Both the position numbers and the translations under genes were made by a program. A DNA stretch of 34,527 nucleotides from a virus (Duplodnaviria > Caudoviricetes): positions 1 to 34,527 of IMG/VR virus record IMGVR_UViG_3300048630_000409. The stretch is one strand, 5' to 3'. This document shows, piece after piece, positions 25,508-33,938 of the stretch. The first letter of the stretch is position 1; each line of letters starts with the position of its first letter. The notes below the pieces were generated by a model that had not been told where the DNA came from, ran no database searches, and was given only the letters and a program-made list of their open reading frames with translations.

Positions 25508-25574
25508 AACAGGCGGGCCGGAACAGCGCGCCAACGCTGCCCGGCCCTGACCATAACGATGATTGGAGCATCGC

Positions 25575-26174
25575 ATGGCTGACCGAGCCGATATCACGCC
25601 CGAACTGTGTCGCAAACTACTCCGGTATGAACCGGAGACGGGGAAGCTCTACTGGAAGCCCCGCCCGGCAAGCATGTATCGCGATAGCCGCTGTCATGGT
25701 GGGGTCCGCACTGCTCAATGGGCAGCTGATTGTTGGAACCGGAAGTACGCTGGTCGGGAGGCATTCACGGCGAAGAACGAAGGCGGGTACCGCGTCGGAA
25801 CCATTCTCGGCGTAATGCAGCGAGCGCATCGCGTCGCTTGGGCAATCCACTACGGTGAATGGCCTTCGCATCAGATCGACCATGACGACGGGAACCGCTC
25901 CAACAACCGCATCCTGAACCTCAAGGCCGCCACCAACCGTGAGAACCATCTGAACGAGGGGCTTTCGAGCAACAATACGAGCGGTTTCACTGGGGTTTGT
26001 TGGTGCAAGCAAACGGGCCGCTGGCGCGCAATGATCCGGGTCGATGGCAAGACGCGCCACCTGGGCCGCTTCGTCTCGTTCGATGATGCTGTTGCAGCCC
26101 GCCGTGCCGCGAACGTTCGCTACGGGTTTCACCCGAACCATGGTATGCGGCCGGCATGGGAGAAAGCAGCATGA
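25575..26174 (+). CDS. HNH homing endonuclease with AP2 domain
   Basis: LLRYEPETGKLYW, AHRVAW, IDHDDGNRSNNRILNL, NNTSGFTGVCW...WRAMI...HLGRF. Confidence 0.93.
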   Translation: MADRADITPELCRKLLRYEPETGKLYWKPRPASMYRDSRCHGGVRTAQWAADCWNRKYAGREAFTAKNEGGYRVGTILGVMQRAHRVAWAIHYGEWPSHQIDHDDGNRSNNRILNLKAATNRENHLNEGLSSNNTSGFTGVCWCKQTGRWRAMIRVDGKTRHLGRFVSFDDAVAARRAANVRYGFHPNHGMRPAWEKAA

Positions 26175-26452
26175 CCCCGCTCGAACGCGCCGCGCGGGCG
26201 GTCCGCGAGGAAGCCGGCGCCTATGCCCACCCGAGCGGCGGCTTCATGACCGAAGGCGGCATCGTGGACGAGCAGCACTTCCGAGACATCGTCCGCGCCG
26301 TCCTGCAGGCGATCCGCGAGCCGAGTGAGGGGATGGAGCGAGCGGGCTATGGCAACAGCAAGGGCGACCCCGACAATGCCGGCGTCATCGACAACCCCGC
26401 CCCTATCATGGCTTGGCAAGCCATGATCGACGCCGCGCTGGAGGAAGGGTGA
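26171..26452 (+). CDS. Hypothetical phage protein
   Basis: MTPLERAARA...AIREPSEGM...WQAMIDAAL, a recurrent alphaproteobacterial phage motif. Confidence 0.75.
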   Translation: MTPLERAARAVREEAGAYAHPSGGFMTEGGIVDEQHFRDIVRAVLQAIREPSEGMERAGYGNSKGDPDNAGVIDNPAPIMAWQAMIDAALEEG

Positions 26453-26673
26453 TGGAACTCACTCCACTGGAGCCGCTCACCATCGTTGCGTCGGATCAGG
26501 AAGTGGACACCCTGCGCTCCGCGCGCGGCGGAAGAACGACGAAGATGGGGACCATGGACCACGCGCTTTTCACCGCCATGTCGTTCAAGGGCTGGGTCAA
26601 GGAAGCCATGATCCTTGGCGACGGCATTGCATGGCGCCTGACACGGGACGGGTTGACGCTGGCGGATAGCTAA
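26452..26673 (+). CDS. Hypothetical protein (73 aa)
   Basis: TGATG coupling; GGAGG SD. Confidence 0.6.
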   Translation: MELTPLEPLTIVASDQEVDTLRSARGGRTTKMGTMDHALFTAMSFKGWVKEAMILGDGIAWRLTRDGLTLADS

Positions 26674-26716
26674 CCGTCCGTAGAGACGCGCCCATGCGTG
26701 CGGCATTCCCCGCCGC

Positions 26717-27814
26717 ATGGTTCAGCTCACCGATACTCTCACGCTAGACCGAGAAGCCCGCATCTGCGCGGACGGCTCGCTCGTCGCTGAGGTATTTGCG
26801 GCCAGAACGGGCCTGCAGGACTACCTGGGCCGCGAGGTCGACCCCGAGAACAAGCACGGCCTCCGGGATAAGGCGGTCGTCAAGGTCTATCGTCCCGAAA
26901 GCGAGGTGTTCAAGACCGACAGCCTCGCCACGTTCGCGGCAGCACCGGTCACCATCGATCACCCCTCGGAAGCCGTAACCGCCGACAACTGGCGCACGCT
27001 CGGCGTCGGCGAGATCAACGGCGACATTGCGCGCGATGGCCAGCGCGTTCGCGTGCCCATCATCGTGCGCGATTCCGCCGCTGTGAAAGCCGCGACCACG
27101 ACGCACAAGCAGCTCAGCATGGGCTACGCTACCGATTTGCAGGTGCCGGCAGACGGCAAGCACCCGGACGGAACGGTGTGCGACGCCTACCAGACCAATA
27201 TCCGGATCAACCACATCGCACTTGTTCGGGCCGCTCGGGGCGGGCCGGAGCTTCGCGTGGTCGATGAACGCAGCCCCGCCACCCCTTCATCACAGGAGAC
27301 TCGCGTGAAGATCACCAACCTCGACGGTATGTCCGTCAATCTCACCGACGCCGCAGCGGTCGAGGCGGCTCTCACGAAGCTCGACCAGAAGGTGACCGAA
27401 GCCACCGAAGCGAAGGACAAGGCCCTCGCCGACGTCGCCACCCTGACCACCGACAAGGCGACGCTCGACGCCAAAGTGACCACGCTCGAGAAGCAGGTCG
27501 CCGATGCCAAGCTGACGCCGCAGCAGCTGCGCGACGCCGCCAAGGCCTACGCCGAGGTCTGCGACAAGGCCAAGGCGCTCGGCGTCACCGTCTCGGACGA
27601 CATGGACGAGCCGGCCATCATGAAGGCCGCTGTCTCGGCCAAGATCGGCGACGCCGCCAAGGACTGGAACGATGCGCAGATCGCCGCCTCGTTCGCGACG
27701 CTGACGGCGGACGCGAAGGCCGGCGCGACGGTTCCGAGCGGCCTCACCAACCCCGCCGCTTTCGCCGACGGCGCCAGCGTTCGCGACCTCGCTCGCACCG
27801 CGCAGTACAACTGA
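26717..27814 (+). CDS. DUF2213 prohead protease/scaffold
   Basis: ARTGLQDY, VYRPESEVF, PVTIDHP, QLSMGY, NHIALV..ARGG; C-terminal coiled-coil scaffold. Confidence 0.9.
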   Translation: MVQLTDTLTLDREARICADGSLVAEVFAARTGLQDYLGREVDPENKHGLRDKAVVKVYRPESEVFKTDSLATFAAAPVTIDHPSEAVTADNWRTLGVGEINGDIARDGQRVRVPIIVRDSAAVKAATTTHKQLSMGYATDLQVPADGKHPDGTVCDAYQTNIRINHIALVRAARGGPELRVVDERSPATPSSQETRVKITNLDGMSVNLTDAAAVEAALTKLDQKVTEATEAKDKALADVATLTTDKATLDAKVTTLEKQVADAKLTPQQLRDAAKAYAEVCDKAKALGVTVSDDMDEPAIMKAAVSAKIGDAAKDWNDAQIAASFATLTADAKAGATVPSGLTNPAAFADGASVRDLARTAQYN

Positions 27815-27826
27815 AGGGACTGAGCA

Positions 27827-28294
27827 ATGGCTGAACTCCAGACCAACTACGGCGAGAACCTCGCCAAGGGCTACGCGGGTATGGTCGCCAATGGCGAGAC
27901 TTCCAACCGCATCACCCGGACCTGCGAGGACGCTGCCGGTATCGGCTTCGGCGTGCCGGTCTATCGCGGGGCTGGCGACCACGGCTGCACTGCCACGGTG
28001 GGCACGCTTGCGACGTTCCTCGGCTTCTCGATCGCGACTTCGGCGCAGGCCGTCGTCGTCGGTGCCGACCCGGACGAATACGCGCAGCACGACAATGTGC
28101 CGGTCATGACCAGCGGCGCGATCTACGTCGAGGTGACCGGTGCGGTGGCCGATGGCGCTGCCCTGACCGTCGGGACGGGCGCCGACGCCGCCGACGGGAT
28201 CGGGGCCACCGCGGCCGACGCGACCCACATCGCAACCGGCTGGATTGCCGACGAAACTGTCACGGACGGCCTCTGCCGCATCGTGAAGCGCTGA
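27827..28294 (+). CDS. Head decoration/cement protein
   Basis: IGFGVPV...VPVMTSGAIYV; lies between protease and capsid. Confidence 0.8.
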   Translation: MAELQTNYGENLAKGYAGMVANGETSNRITRTCEDAAGIGFGVPVYRGAGDHGCTATVGTLATFLGFSIATSAQAVVVGADPDEYAQHDNVPVMTSGAIYVEVTGAVADGAALTVGTGADAADGIGATAADATHIATGWIADETVTDGLCRIVKR

Positions 28295-28305
28295 AGGGGG
28301 AAACC

Positions 28306-29403
28306 ATGAACGCGATCACCACCAACTTCTACGACAGCGCTTCGGGCCGGATCACCGATCCCGTGGCGTTCCTTGCCGCAGACGCCGACGTGAAGAAGCA
28401 CGTCATCGGCCTCTGGGCCGCGGACAACGCCCGCCATGCCGCGAGCTTCGCCGACAAGGTCGATGCCTTCATGAGCGATGCGCAGGTCGGCTACGCCTTC
28501 CTGACACCGCAGCTCTACCGCATCGAAACCGAAGTCTACATGACGAAGTATCCGAGCTTCGACATCAGCCGGTTCATGTCGGTCGATAGCTCGGGCGACA
28601 TGTGGGACGTCGGCACGCTCGTGTATTCGATGGACCAGGTCGGCCAGGCCGAATTCCTCGCCGCCGGCGCTTTCGACGTTCCCTACGCCAGCACGAAGAT
28701 GGCGCAGAGCACGCACAACTTCCACCTGGCCGGTATCGGCTACGAGTGGAACACGCAGGAACTCCAGCGCGCCGCCAAGCTCGGCCGGTCCCTGACGAGC
28801 GACAAGGCGCAGGCCGCCAAGCTGTCCGCCGACCGCTTCATCTACGGCATCGCGATGACGGGACAGACGCCGCGCGGCGAGAGCGAGAAGGGCTGGACCG
28901 GGTTCGTGAACAACGGCTCGGCGCCCAGTGCCCAGGTCGCCAACAACGCCGGCGGCACGTCGCGGTTGTGGTCGGAGAAGACCGCAGACGAGATCCTCGC
29001 CGACATCAATGAAGCGCTGACCGCAGTCGAGACCGGCACCGGCGAAACGATGGTCGCCGATACGCTGGTGCTCCCGACCTCGCGCTACAACTTCATCGCG
29101 ACGCAGCGGGTCGGCGACACCAACGCGACGATCCTGTCGTTCCTGCTCGCCAACAACGTGGCCGGCGAGGGCCTGACGATCCTCAAGAGCCGCGCGCTCG
29201 AAACGGCGGGCACCGGCAACAGCACCCGCATGATCGCCTACGCGAACAACCCGCAGGTGCTGAAATTCCACCTGCCCGGCCCGCACCAGTTCCTGCCGCC
29301 CTTCCAGAAGGCCAGCATGGTCTACGAGGTCGCCGGGATCATGAACGTGGGCGGCGTCGAGGTTCGACTGCCCAAGGCCCTCGTTTACCGCGACAGCTTC
29401 TGA
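28306..29403 (+). CDS. Major capsid protein (DUF2184-type)
   Basis: QLYRIETEVY, GYEWNTQELQRA...GRSL..DKA, DTLVLP, GGVEVRLP; position in head module. Confidence 0.9.
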   Translation: MNAITTNFYDSASGRITDPVAFLAADADVKKHVIGLWAADNARHAASFADKVDAFMSDAQVGYAFLTPQLYRIETEVYMTKYPSFDISRFMSVDSSGDMWDVGTLVYSMDQVGQAEFLAAGAFDVPYASTKMAQSTHNFHLAGIGYEWNTQELQRAAKLGRSLTSDKAQAAKLSADRFIYGIAMTGQTPRGESEKGWTGFVNNGSAPSAQVANNAGGTSRLWSEKTADEILADINEALTAVETGTGETMVADTLVLPTSRYNFIATQRVGDTNATILSFLLANNVAGEGLTILKSRALETAGTGNSTRMIAYANNPQVLKFHLPGPHQFLPPFQKASMVYEVAGIMNVGGVEVRLPKALVYRDSF

Positions 29404-29414
29404 GGAGACGCGAC

Positions 29415-29618
29415 ATGCCGAAGCTCAAGAACATCTCGAACGGCCCGCGTGGGCTCCACACCACCAAGGGTCTCGTGATGGTCGAAGCCGGGCAGGAAGT
29501 GGACGTGGAACTCGCGAAGGGTGAGGAGCCGGTGAAGGACTGGTTCGCGGCGCCCGGCAGCAAAGCCGCCAAGGAAGCCGACGCGGATGACGCCAAGGCC
29601 GACGACAAGAAGTCCTGA
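29415..29618 (+). CDS. Small head-associated protein (67 aa)
   Basis: GAGGAG SD; KNISNGPRGL motif; follows capsid gene. Confidence 0.75.
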   Translation: MPKLKNISNGPRGLHTTKGLVMVEAGQEVDVELAKGEEPVKDWFAAPGSKAAKEADADDAKADDKKS

Positions 29619-29647
29619 CGGTCAACCTCCCGATCGTCACGCATAGG

Positions 29648-29674
29648 GGGCGGGCCTGAGCGCCCGCCCTTTTT
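29648..29674 (+). terminator. Rho-independent terminator after capsid operon
   Basis: GGGCGGGC-CTGAGC-GCCCGCCC followed by TTTTT. Confidence 0.85.
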
Positions 29675-29688
29675 CATAGGAGGCCACG

Positions 29689-30123
29689 CTGGCTTACACC
29701 GCGCCCACCCGAGCCGACTTCATCGAGGTCTTTCCGGCCTTCTCCGCCGTCACCGATGCGCAATACGACTTCTGGAGCGCTGCCGCGGTGCGCGTGACCG
29801 AGCCCCTGCAATCCTGCCTCGGCGACAGCATGGATCTCGCGACGATGCTCGCCACGGCGCACTATCTGACCGAACAGGGCATCGGCACCGGCGCGGAAAG
29901 CGAGATGGCCGCGCAGGGCATGAGCGGCTTCAAGCGCATCAAGTCGGGATCGCTCGAGCTGCAGCGTGGGGAAGGCACCGGTGGCTCGCCCGGCAAGTGG
30001 AGCTCGACCAGCTACGGGGCGCGATTCTTCGAACTGACGAGCGGCTGCGTTGGCGGGCCCGGCGTGGCGCGCTCGGGCACCGTGCCGCTCGATCGCAACA
30101 GGTGGCCGCATGGGACTGCTTGA
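29689..30123 (+). CDS. Head-tail adaptor (DUF4054-like), probable CTG start
   Basis: AGGAGG 5 nt before CTG; (M)AYTAPTRADFIEVFPAF...AHYLT...STSYGARF. Confidence 0.8.
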   Translation: MAYTAPTRADFIEVFPAFSAVTDAQYDFWSAAAVRVTEPLQSCLGDSMDLATMLATAHYLTEQGIGTGAESEMAAQGMSGFKRIKSGSLELQRGEGTGGSPGKWSSTSYGARFFELTSGCVGGPGVARSGTVPLDRNRWPHGTA

Positions 30124-30466
30124 CGAAGGCATCGCCGCGGTCTTCGGCGCGGCGTTCGGAGGCCTATACCTCGACGCGACCCTTCACGCCGGCACCGGGG
30201 AGCCGATCTACGACGCGGGCGGCAACGTCATCGGGTATGAAGACGGCGACACGGCCTGCAAGGCGCAGGTGGACGCCGCGACAGACGCAATGCGGCGGGC
30301 GGATGGATACGCCGAGGGCGACGCACGGATCATCGTGCTCGCGCAGTGTATCGGCACGATCGACAGTGATTCCGAGATCACGGTGCGCGGACAGCGTTGG
30401 CGGCTCCTCTCGGCCGAGCTGGACGCCGCGGCGTCGCACTGGATCTGTCGCGCGAGGGCGGTCTGA
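30110..30466 (+). CDS. Head-tail joining/stopper protein
   Basis: MGLLDEGIAAVFGAAF...CKAQVD; position. Confidence 0.75.
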   Translation: MGLLDEGIAAVFGAAFGGLYLDATLHAGTGEPIYDAGGNVIGYEDGDTACKAQVDAATDAMRRADGYAEGDARIIVLAQCIGTIDSDSEITVRGQRWRLLSAELDAAASHWICRARAV

Positions 30467-30882
30467 TGCCGACCAAGTTCCGGGGCGCCGACAAGCATCT
30501 GCGCAGGCTCAAGGCGATGGGGCCGCGCGCCGAGCGCGAGGCATCGAAGCTCGTCTACACGCTGGCCGATATGCACGTCGCCGAGGCGTCGCACCTGATC
30601 ACCCAGGGCGCGGTATCCGGTGCGAACCACGTGCCCAGCGCGCCGGGTGAACCCCCGAACGAGGACACGGGCGACCTGCGCCGTTCCGGGCACGTCGAGA
30701 AGGCGGGGCCCTTCAAGGCGAAGTCCGTCTTCGATGCGCCCCACGCGGTCCCGCTGGAGTTGGGCACGATCAATATGGCGGAACGTCCATTCGCCGGCCC
30801 CGCTGCGAAGACTGTGCGCAGGGAGGCCGAGGCACTCGCGAAGGCCGCGGCGAAACGCATCACCAAGGGCGGTACGATCTAG
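30466..30882 (+). CDS. HK97 gp10-like neck/tail completion protein
   Basis: SAPGEPPNEDTGDLRRS, LELGTINMAERPF. Confidence 0.85.
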   Translation: MPTKFRGADKHLRRLKAMGPRAEREASKLVYTLADMHVAEASHLITQGAVSGANHVPSAPGEPPNEDTGDLRRSGHVEKAGPFKAKSVFDAPHAVPLELGTINMAERPFAGPAAKTVRREAEALAKAAAKRITKGGTI

Positions 30883-30925
30883 CGCGTCTGTAGCATTCAC
30901 GTAGCGAACGCGGCTTCATCCCCGC

Positions 30926-31255
30926 ATGGCATGGGCTCGCTTCTCAGAACGCTACGATCACCGCTGGCCTTCGCGCGCCGTATCGCTCTACCGGCCCGAT
31001 CGCGGCGTGGACGGCAAAGGCCTCTACTGCGTCAAGCGCGAGGTGCTCGAAGCGGCCAAGGCGGCTGGCAAGGCGACAGAGGCGAAGAAACCGGCTAAGC
31101 GGGCATCCGATGGGCCTGAGCGTATCCCGCCTGACAGCTTGGCTGACCGCGATCATGCGGCGGGTCGAGACGACGCACCCCGAGACGAATTGGAACCTGA
31201 TGATCGCGCTGGGCGAGGTCATGTCCTTCCCGAGCCTGATCGCGCCGGACAATGA
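30926..31255 (+). CDS. Hypothetical virion-module protein
   Basis: MAWARFSERYD; preceded by motif variant; ATGA coupling downstream. Confidence 0.6.
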   Translation: MAWARFSERYDHRWPSRAVSLYRPDRGVDGKGLYCVKREVLEAAKAAGKATEAKKPAKRASDGPERIPPDSLADRDHAAGRDDAPRDELEPDDRAGRGHVLPEPDRAGQ

Positions 31256-31659
31256 CGATCAGTCCGACCGTTCATGCGCGGCAGACGATCCTGGCGGCGT
31301 TGAAAGCTGACCCTGCGGTCACTGCGCTAGTTCCATCTGAGCGCATCTATCCCGCCAAGACACCGAACGCGCCGGCCAAGCCCTTCGGGCGCTACGGGAG
31401 CGCAACCACCGAGCCCGATCGGTATTCGTGTTGGCGGGGGGGTGATGTGTCCGGCGCGTACCACTTCTTCGCAGGCGTCTCCGGGACCATCCTCGATCCC
31501 GAAGCCTGGATGGGCAGCCTGGTCGACGCAGCGGCGGAGGTGATCGACGGGATCGAGGATGCCTATGTCGAGCGGACGCAGGTTCTACCGGACCCGGAAG
31601 AGCCTGATGTTTGGCACGGGGTCGTATTTTTCACCGTGAAGGCGCTGGCGGAGGCTTGA
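31252..31659 (+). CDS. Tail terminator (DUF3168-like)
   Basis: ILAALKADPAVTALV..RIYP...PF..YG...WHGVV. Confidence 0.85.
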   Translation: MTISPTVHARQTILAALKADPAVTALVPSERIYPAKTPNAPAKPFGRYGSATTEPDRYSCWRGGDVSGAYHFFAGVSGTILDPEAWMGSLVDAAAEVIDGIEDAYVERTQVLPDPEEPDVWHGVVFFTVKALAEA

Positions 31660-31672
31660 GGGGCAAGCCTGA

Positions 31673-31960
31673 TCACGCCTCGGCCAAAGCCTCAGCGGCA
31701 GCGCCGGGATTTCTCTCGATAATCGTCAGCAGCGCACGAGCCGGGGCATCGGGCTGACGTCGGCCTTGCTCCCAATCCTTCAAAGTCCCGAGCGGGAGGC
31801 GATATGTGCGCGCGAACTTAGCCTGGCTCATCTCCGCGCGTGCGCGAATAGCCTTGATGTCGAGCGGCTCGTGAACGGCAAAGCCCTTGCGCTCGCCATC
31901 CATATAGGCCTGCACTTCATGCAGGCCGCCCATGATCTTGTCGAATGCTTCCTTGGCCAT
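31673..31960 (-). CDS. higA: HigA-like XRE antitoxin
   Basis: FDKIMGGL.E...DIKAIR...MSQAKFA...GTLKDWEQGRRQP..PARALL. Confidence 0.9.
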   Translation of the reverse strand: MAKEAFDKIMGGLHEVQAYMDGERKGFAVHEPLDIKAIRARAEMSQAKFARTYRLPLGTLKDWEQGRRQPDAPARALLTIIERNPGAAAEALAEA

Positions 31961-31973
31961 GATCGCCTGTCTC

Positions 31974-32306
31974 CTATGCAATCGAGCCGGTGAGGCTCTT
32001 CGTAAATTCTGCCAGAGCGTTCCGCTCTGCCTTCGTAAGGTTGGCCTTCTCCCCTTTGCCGAACACAGTCAGCAAAAAGGTCGGATAATCGGTGCCCGCG
32101 TAATAGGTGATCACGCGATAACCGCCCGACTTGCCCCTACCGGGCTTGGCGAAACGCAGTTTACGCGCGCCGCCGCAGCCCGGCATAATTTCGCCCGCTT
32201 CCGGGTTCTCGGCAATCAGCGCCACCACTGCCTCACGCTCTTCGTCGGTCATGTTCGCCGACTTGGCAGCGCGGAGATATCCGGGGGTTTCGACTACCGT
32301 TTGCAT
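31974..32306 (-). CDS. higB: RelE/HigB-family toxin (toxin-first order)
   Basis: MQTVVETP.Y...[19 protein letters not shown]...[12 protein letters not shown]...LLTVFGK.EKANL. Confidence 0.9.
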   Translation of the reverse strand: MQTVVETPGYLRAAKSANMTDEEREAVVALIAENPEAGEIMPGCGGARKLRFAKPGRGKSGGYRVITYYAGTDYPTFLLTVFGKGEKANLTKAERNALAEFTKSLTGSIA

Positions 32307-32341
32307 AGGCGGTATATACGGCACTGCCGCCTATTTTGCAA
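32305..32341 (-). promoter_or_regulatory. higBA promoter with overlapping inverted-repeat operator
   Basis: TTGCAA (32341-32336), 17 nt, TATATA (32318-32313), ATG at 32306; IR ATAGGCGG...CCGCCTAT 32305-32334. Confidence 0.75.
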
Positions 32342-32380
32342 GAACAAAAGGACGGCATTGCCGCCCAAACGACGGGGACT

Positions 32381-32773
32381 CTACCGCAGCCCGAACTGGG
32401 CCTTTTGAACAAGCTCTCCGTTCTGGAACATGACGCTCGCGTTTGCCCCGAGGTCGCCCTCTCCTTCGAGCTGATACATCTGCGTATTCACCCCGCCGAG
32501 TTCAGATTCCGAGATCAGCTGCCCTGTCGAGCCTGTGATCTCGGCAACCTGCTCGTGCGACATACCCGTCTGTAGGGCTTCAAATTCTGCAAGCGTGATA
32601 GTGGAACCATTCGCCGGGCCAACCTCGCCATCGGTCGAAAATTGAACGGCGTTTGCATCCGCGGCAGCGAGAATACGATCTTCGTCTGCATCCACCCCGC
32701 TCTGCAGCGAGAACAAGGCTGCGAACACGACCGCCAACACGAGGGCGATCACAATCCAGATCCATTTCGACAT
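32381..32773 (-). CDS. Membrane-anchored BLIP/BamE-like (DUF3862-like) protein, moron
   Basis: N-terminal TM; ITLAEFEALQTGMSHEQV.EI.G...GANASVMFQNG.LV.KAQFGL. Confidence 0.75.
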   Translation of the reverse strand: MSKWIWIVIALVLAVVFAALFSLQSGVDADEDRILAAADANAVQFSTDGEVGPANGSTITLAEFEALQTGMSHEQVAEITGSTGQLISESELGGVNTQMYQLEGEGDLGANASVMFQNGELVQKAQFGLR

Positions 32774-32870
32774 ATGTCCCCCACGCGATGCTCACGCGGT
32801 TCCGTCCGTAGAGCGTCCCGCCCGGCCCCGCCAAAGTCCGCCAGACCAATCACCAGCGGGACACCTGACG

Positions 32871-33323
32871 ATGGCTTACACCACCGGCCGGATCAAAGGC
32901 AATTACTGCGATATTCTGTTCGGCGACGGTGCCGATCCCGAGGTTTTCACGCAGCTCTGTGGCCTCAAAAACTTCAGTCTGTCTGTCACCTATGCCAGCG
33001 CGTTCGAGGAAGAGGACTTCGACTGCGCCGACCCGGAAGCGGTCGCGCAGACGCTCCGCGAAGTCGGGGCGCAGGACTGGTCCATGACTGGCTCGGGCCT
33101 CTACAATCGATCACAGGGCGCGGCGCTCCGCGAACTGCTCGGCAAATCGCAGAATTGGCGTTTCGCCTCGGGCGAGCCCGCTGGCGATGCGATCGAGGAC
33201 GGCTACTGGCAGGGGCCCGGCTTCATTTCCTCTTGGGAAGAAGGCGCGGAGAAGGGCCGATGGAAGCAGCTGAGCATCACGGTAACCGGCACCGGGCTAC
33301 TCACCTGGGCGGACGCGGTCTGA
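32871..33323 (+). CDS. Major tail tube protein
   Basis: GDGADPEVFTQLCGL, DCADP, WSMTGSG, GYWQGPGFIS; siphovirus/GTA-like TTP. Confidence 0.88.
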   Translation: MAYTTGRIKGNYCDILFGDGADPEVFTQLCGLKNFSLSVTYASAFEEEDFDCADPEAVAQTLREVGAQDWSMTGSGLYNRSQGAALRELLGKSQNWRFASGEPAGDAIEDGYWQGPGFISSWEEGAEKGRWKQLSITVTGTGLLTWADAV

Positions 33324-33324
33324 C

Positions 33325-33750
33325 ATGCAGACCAACCTGACCCTCGACTGGGCGGATGGCACCTACGACTTTCGCCTGCCCTGGGCGGCCTGCGCCGAAA
33401 TCGAACGCAAGGGCGGCGCCGGCATCCAGGCGATCTACGAGCGCGTCATGATCGGGCAGGCGCACCTCGTCGACGTGTCAGAGATCATCCGTCAGGGGTT
33501 GCTCGGCGGCAGCGGAGGCATGGTCGATGGTCAGACGGTCGAGTGCAAGCCCCACGTCGTCGAAGCCCTCCTCAATCGCTACGTCACCGGCGACGAGGCT
33601 CGCCCGTTCACGGAAAACTGGAACCTGGCGAAAGCCATCCTGCACACGTTCATAGTCGGTTTTGTGGCGGAGGAGGGCGACGGCTCAAAAAAAAAGCCGA
33701 AGGAAGCGGTCGAATCGACCTCGGAGAGTTCTTCACGAACTGCTCGGTGA
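33325..33750 (+). CDS. Tail assembly chaperone (gpG-like)
   Basis: LDWADGTYDFRL...EIIRQGLLG; lies between TTP and TMP; slippery A9G. Confidence 0.85.
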   Translation: MQTNLTLDWADGTYDFRLPWAACAEIERKGGAGIQAIYERVMIGQAHLVDVSEIIRQGLLGGSGGMVDGQTVECKPHVVEALLNRYVTGDEARPFTENWNLAKAILHTFIVGFVAEEGDGSKKKPKEAVESTSESSSRTAR

Positions 33751-33938
33751 TGGGCGTCGGCCATGAGGCCGCGCGCAACCTGACCCTCTGGGAATACGGG
33801 ATGCTCATCGATGGATGGGATCGCGCCCACTCCGACGACCGGCAGGCCCCTCCCCCACCCCTTACTGATGAAGAGATCGAAGCGGCCGAGGGGCGCATGC
33901 GCGACCTTGAAGCGCGCGGTGTGAGAGTGCTGCACTGA
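33687..33938 (+). CDS. -1 frameshift extension of tail chaperone (gpGT-like)
   Basis: The -1 frame is open from the A-run: KKAEGSGRIDLGEFF...LTLWEY..., ending at the TMP start. Confidence 0.8.
   Translation, partial: KKKAEGSGRIDLGEFFTNCSVMGVGHEAARNLTLWEYGMLIDGWDRAHSDDRQAPPPPLTDEEIEAAEGRMRDLEARGVRVLH

Noticed and set aside
25508-26673. HNH cassette as a group I intron
   Set aside because: Flanking genes are intact and end or start normally; no room for, or sign of, an intron core
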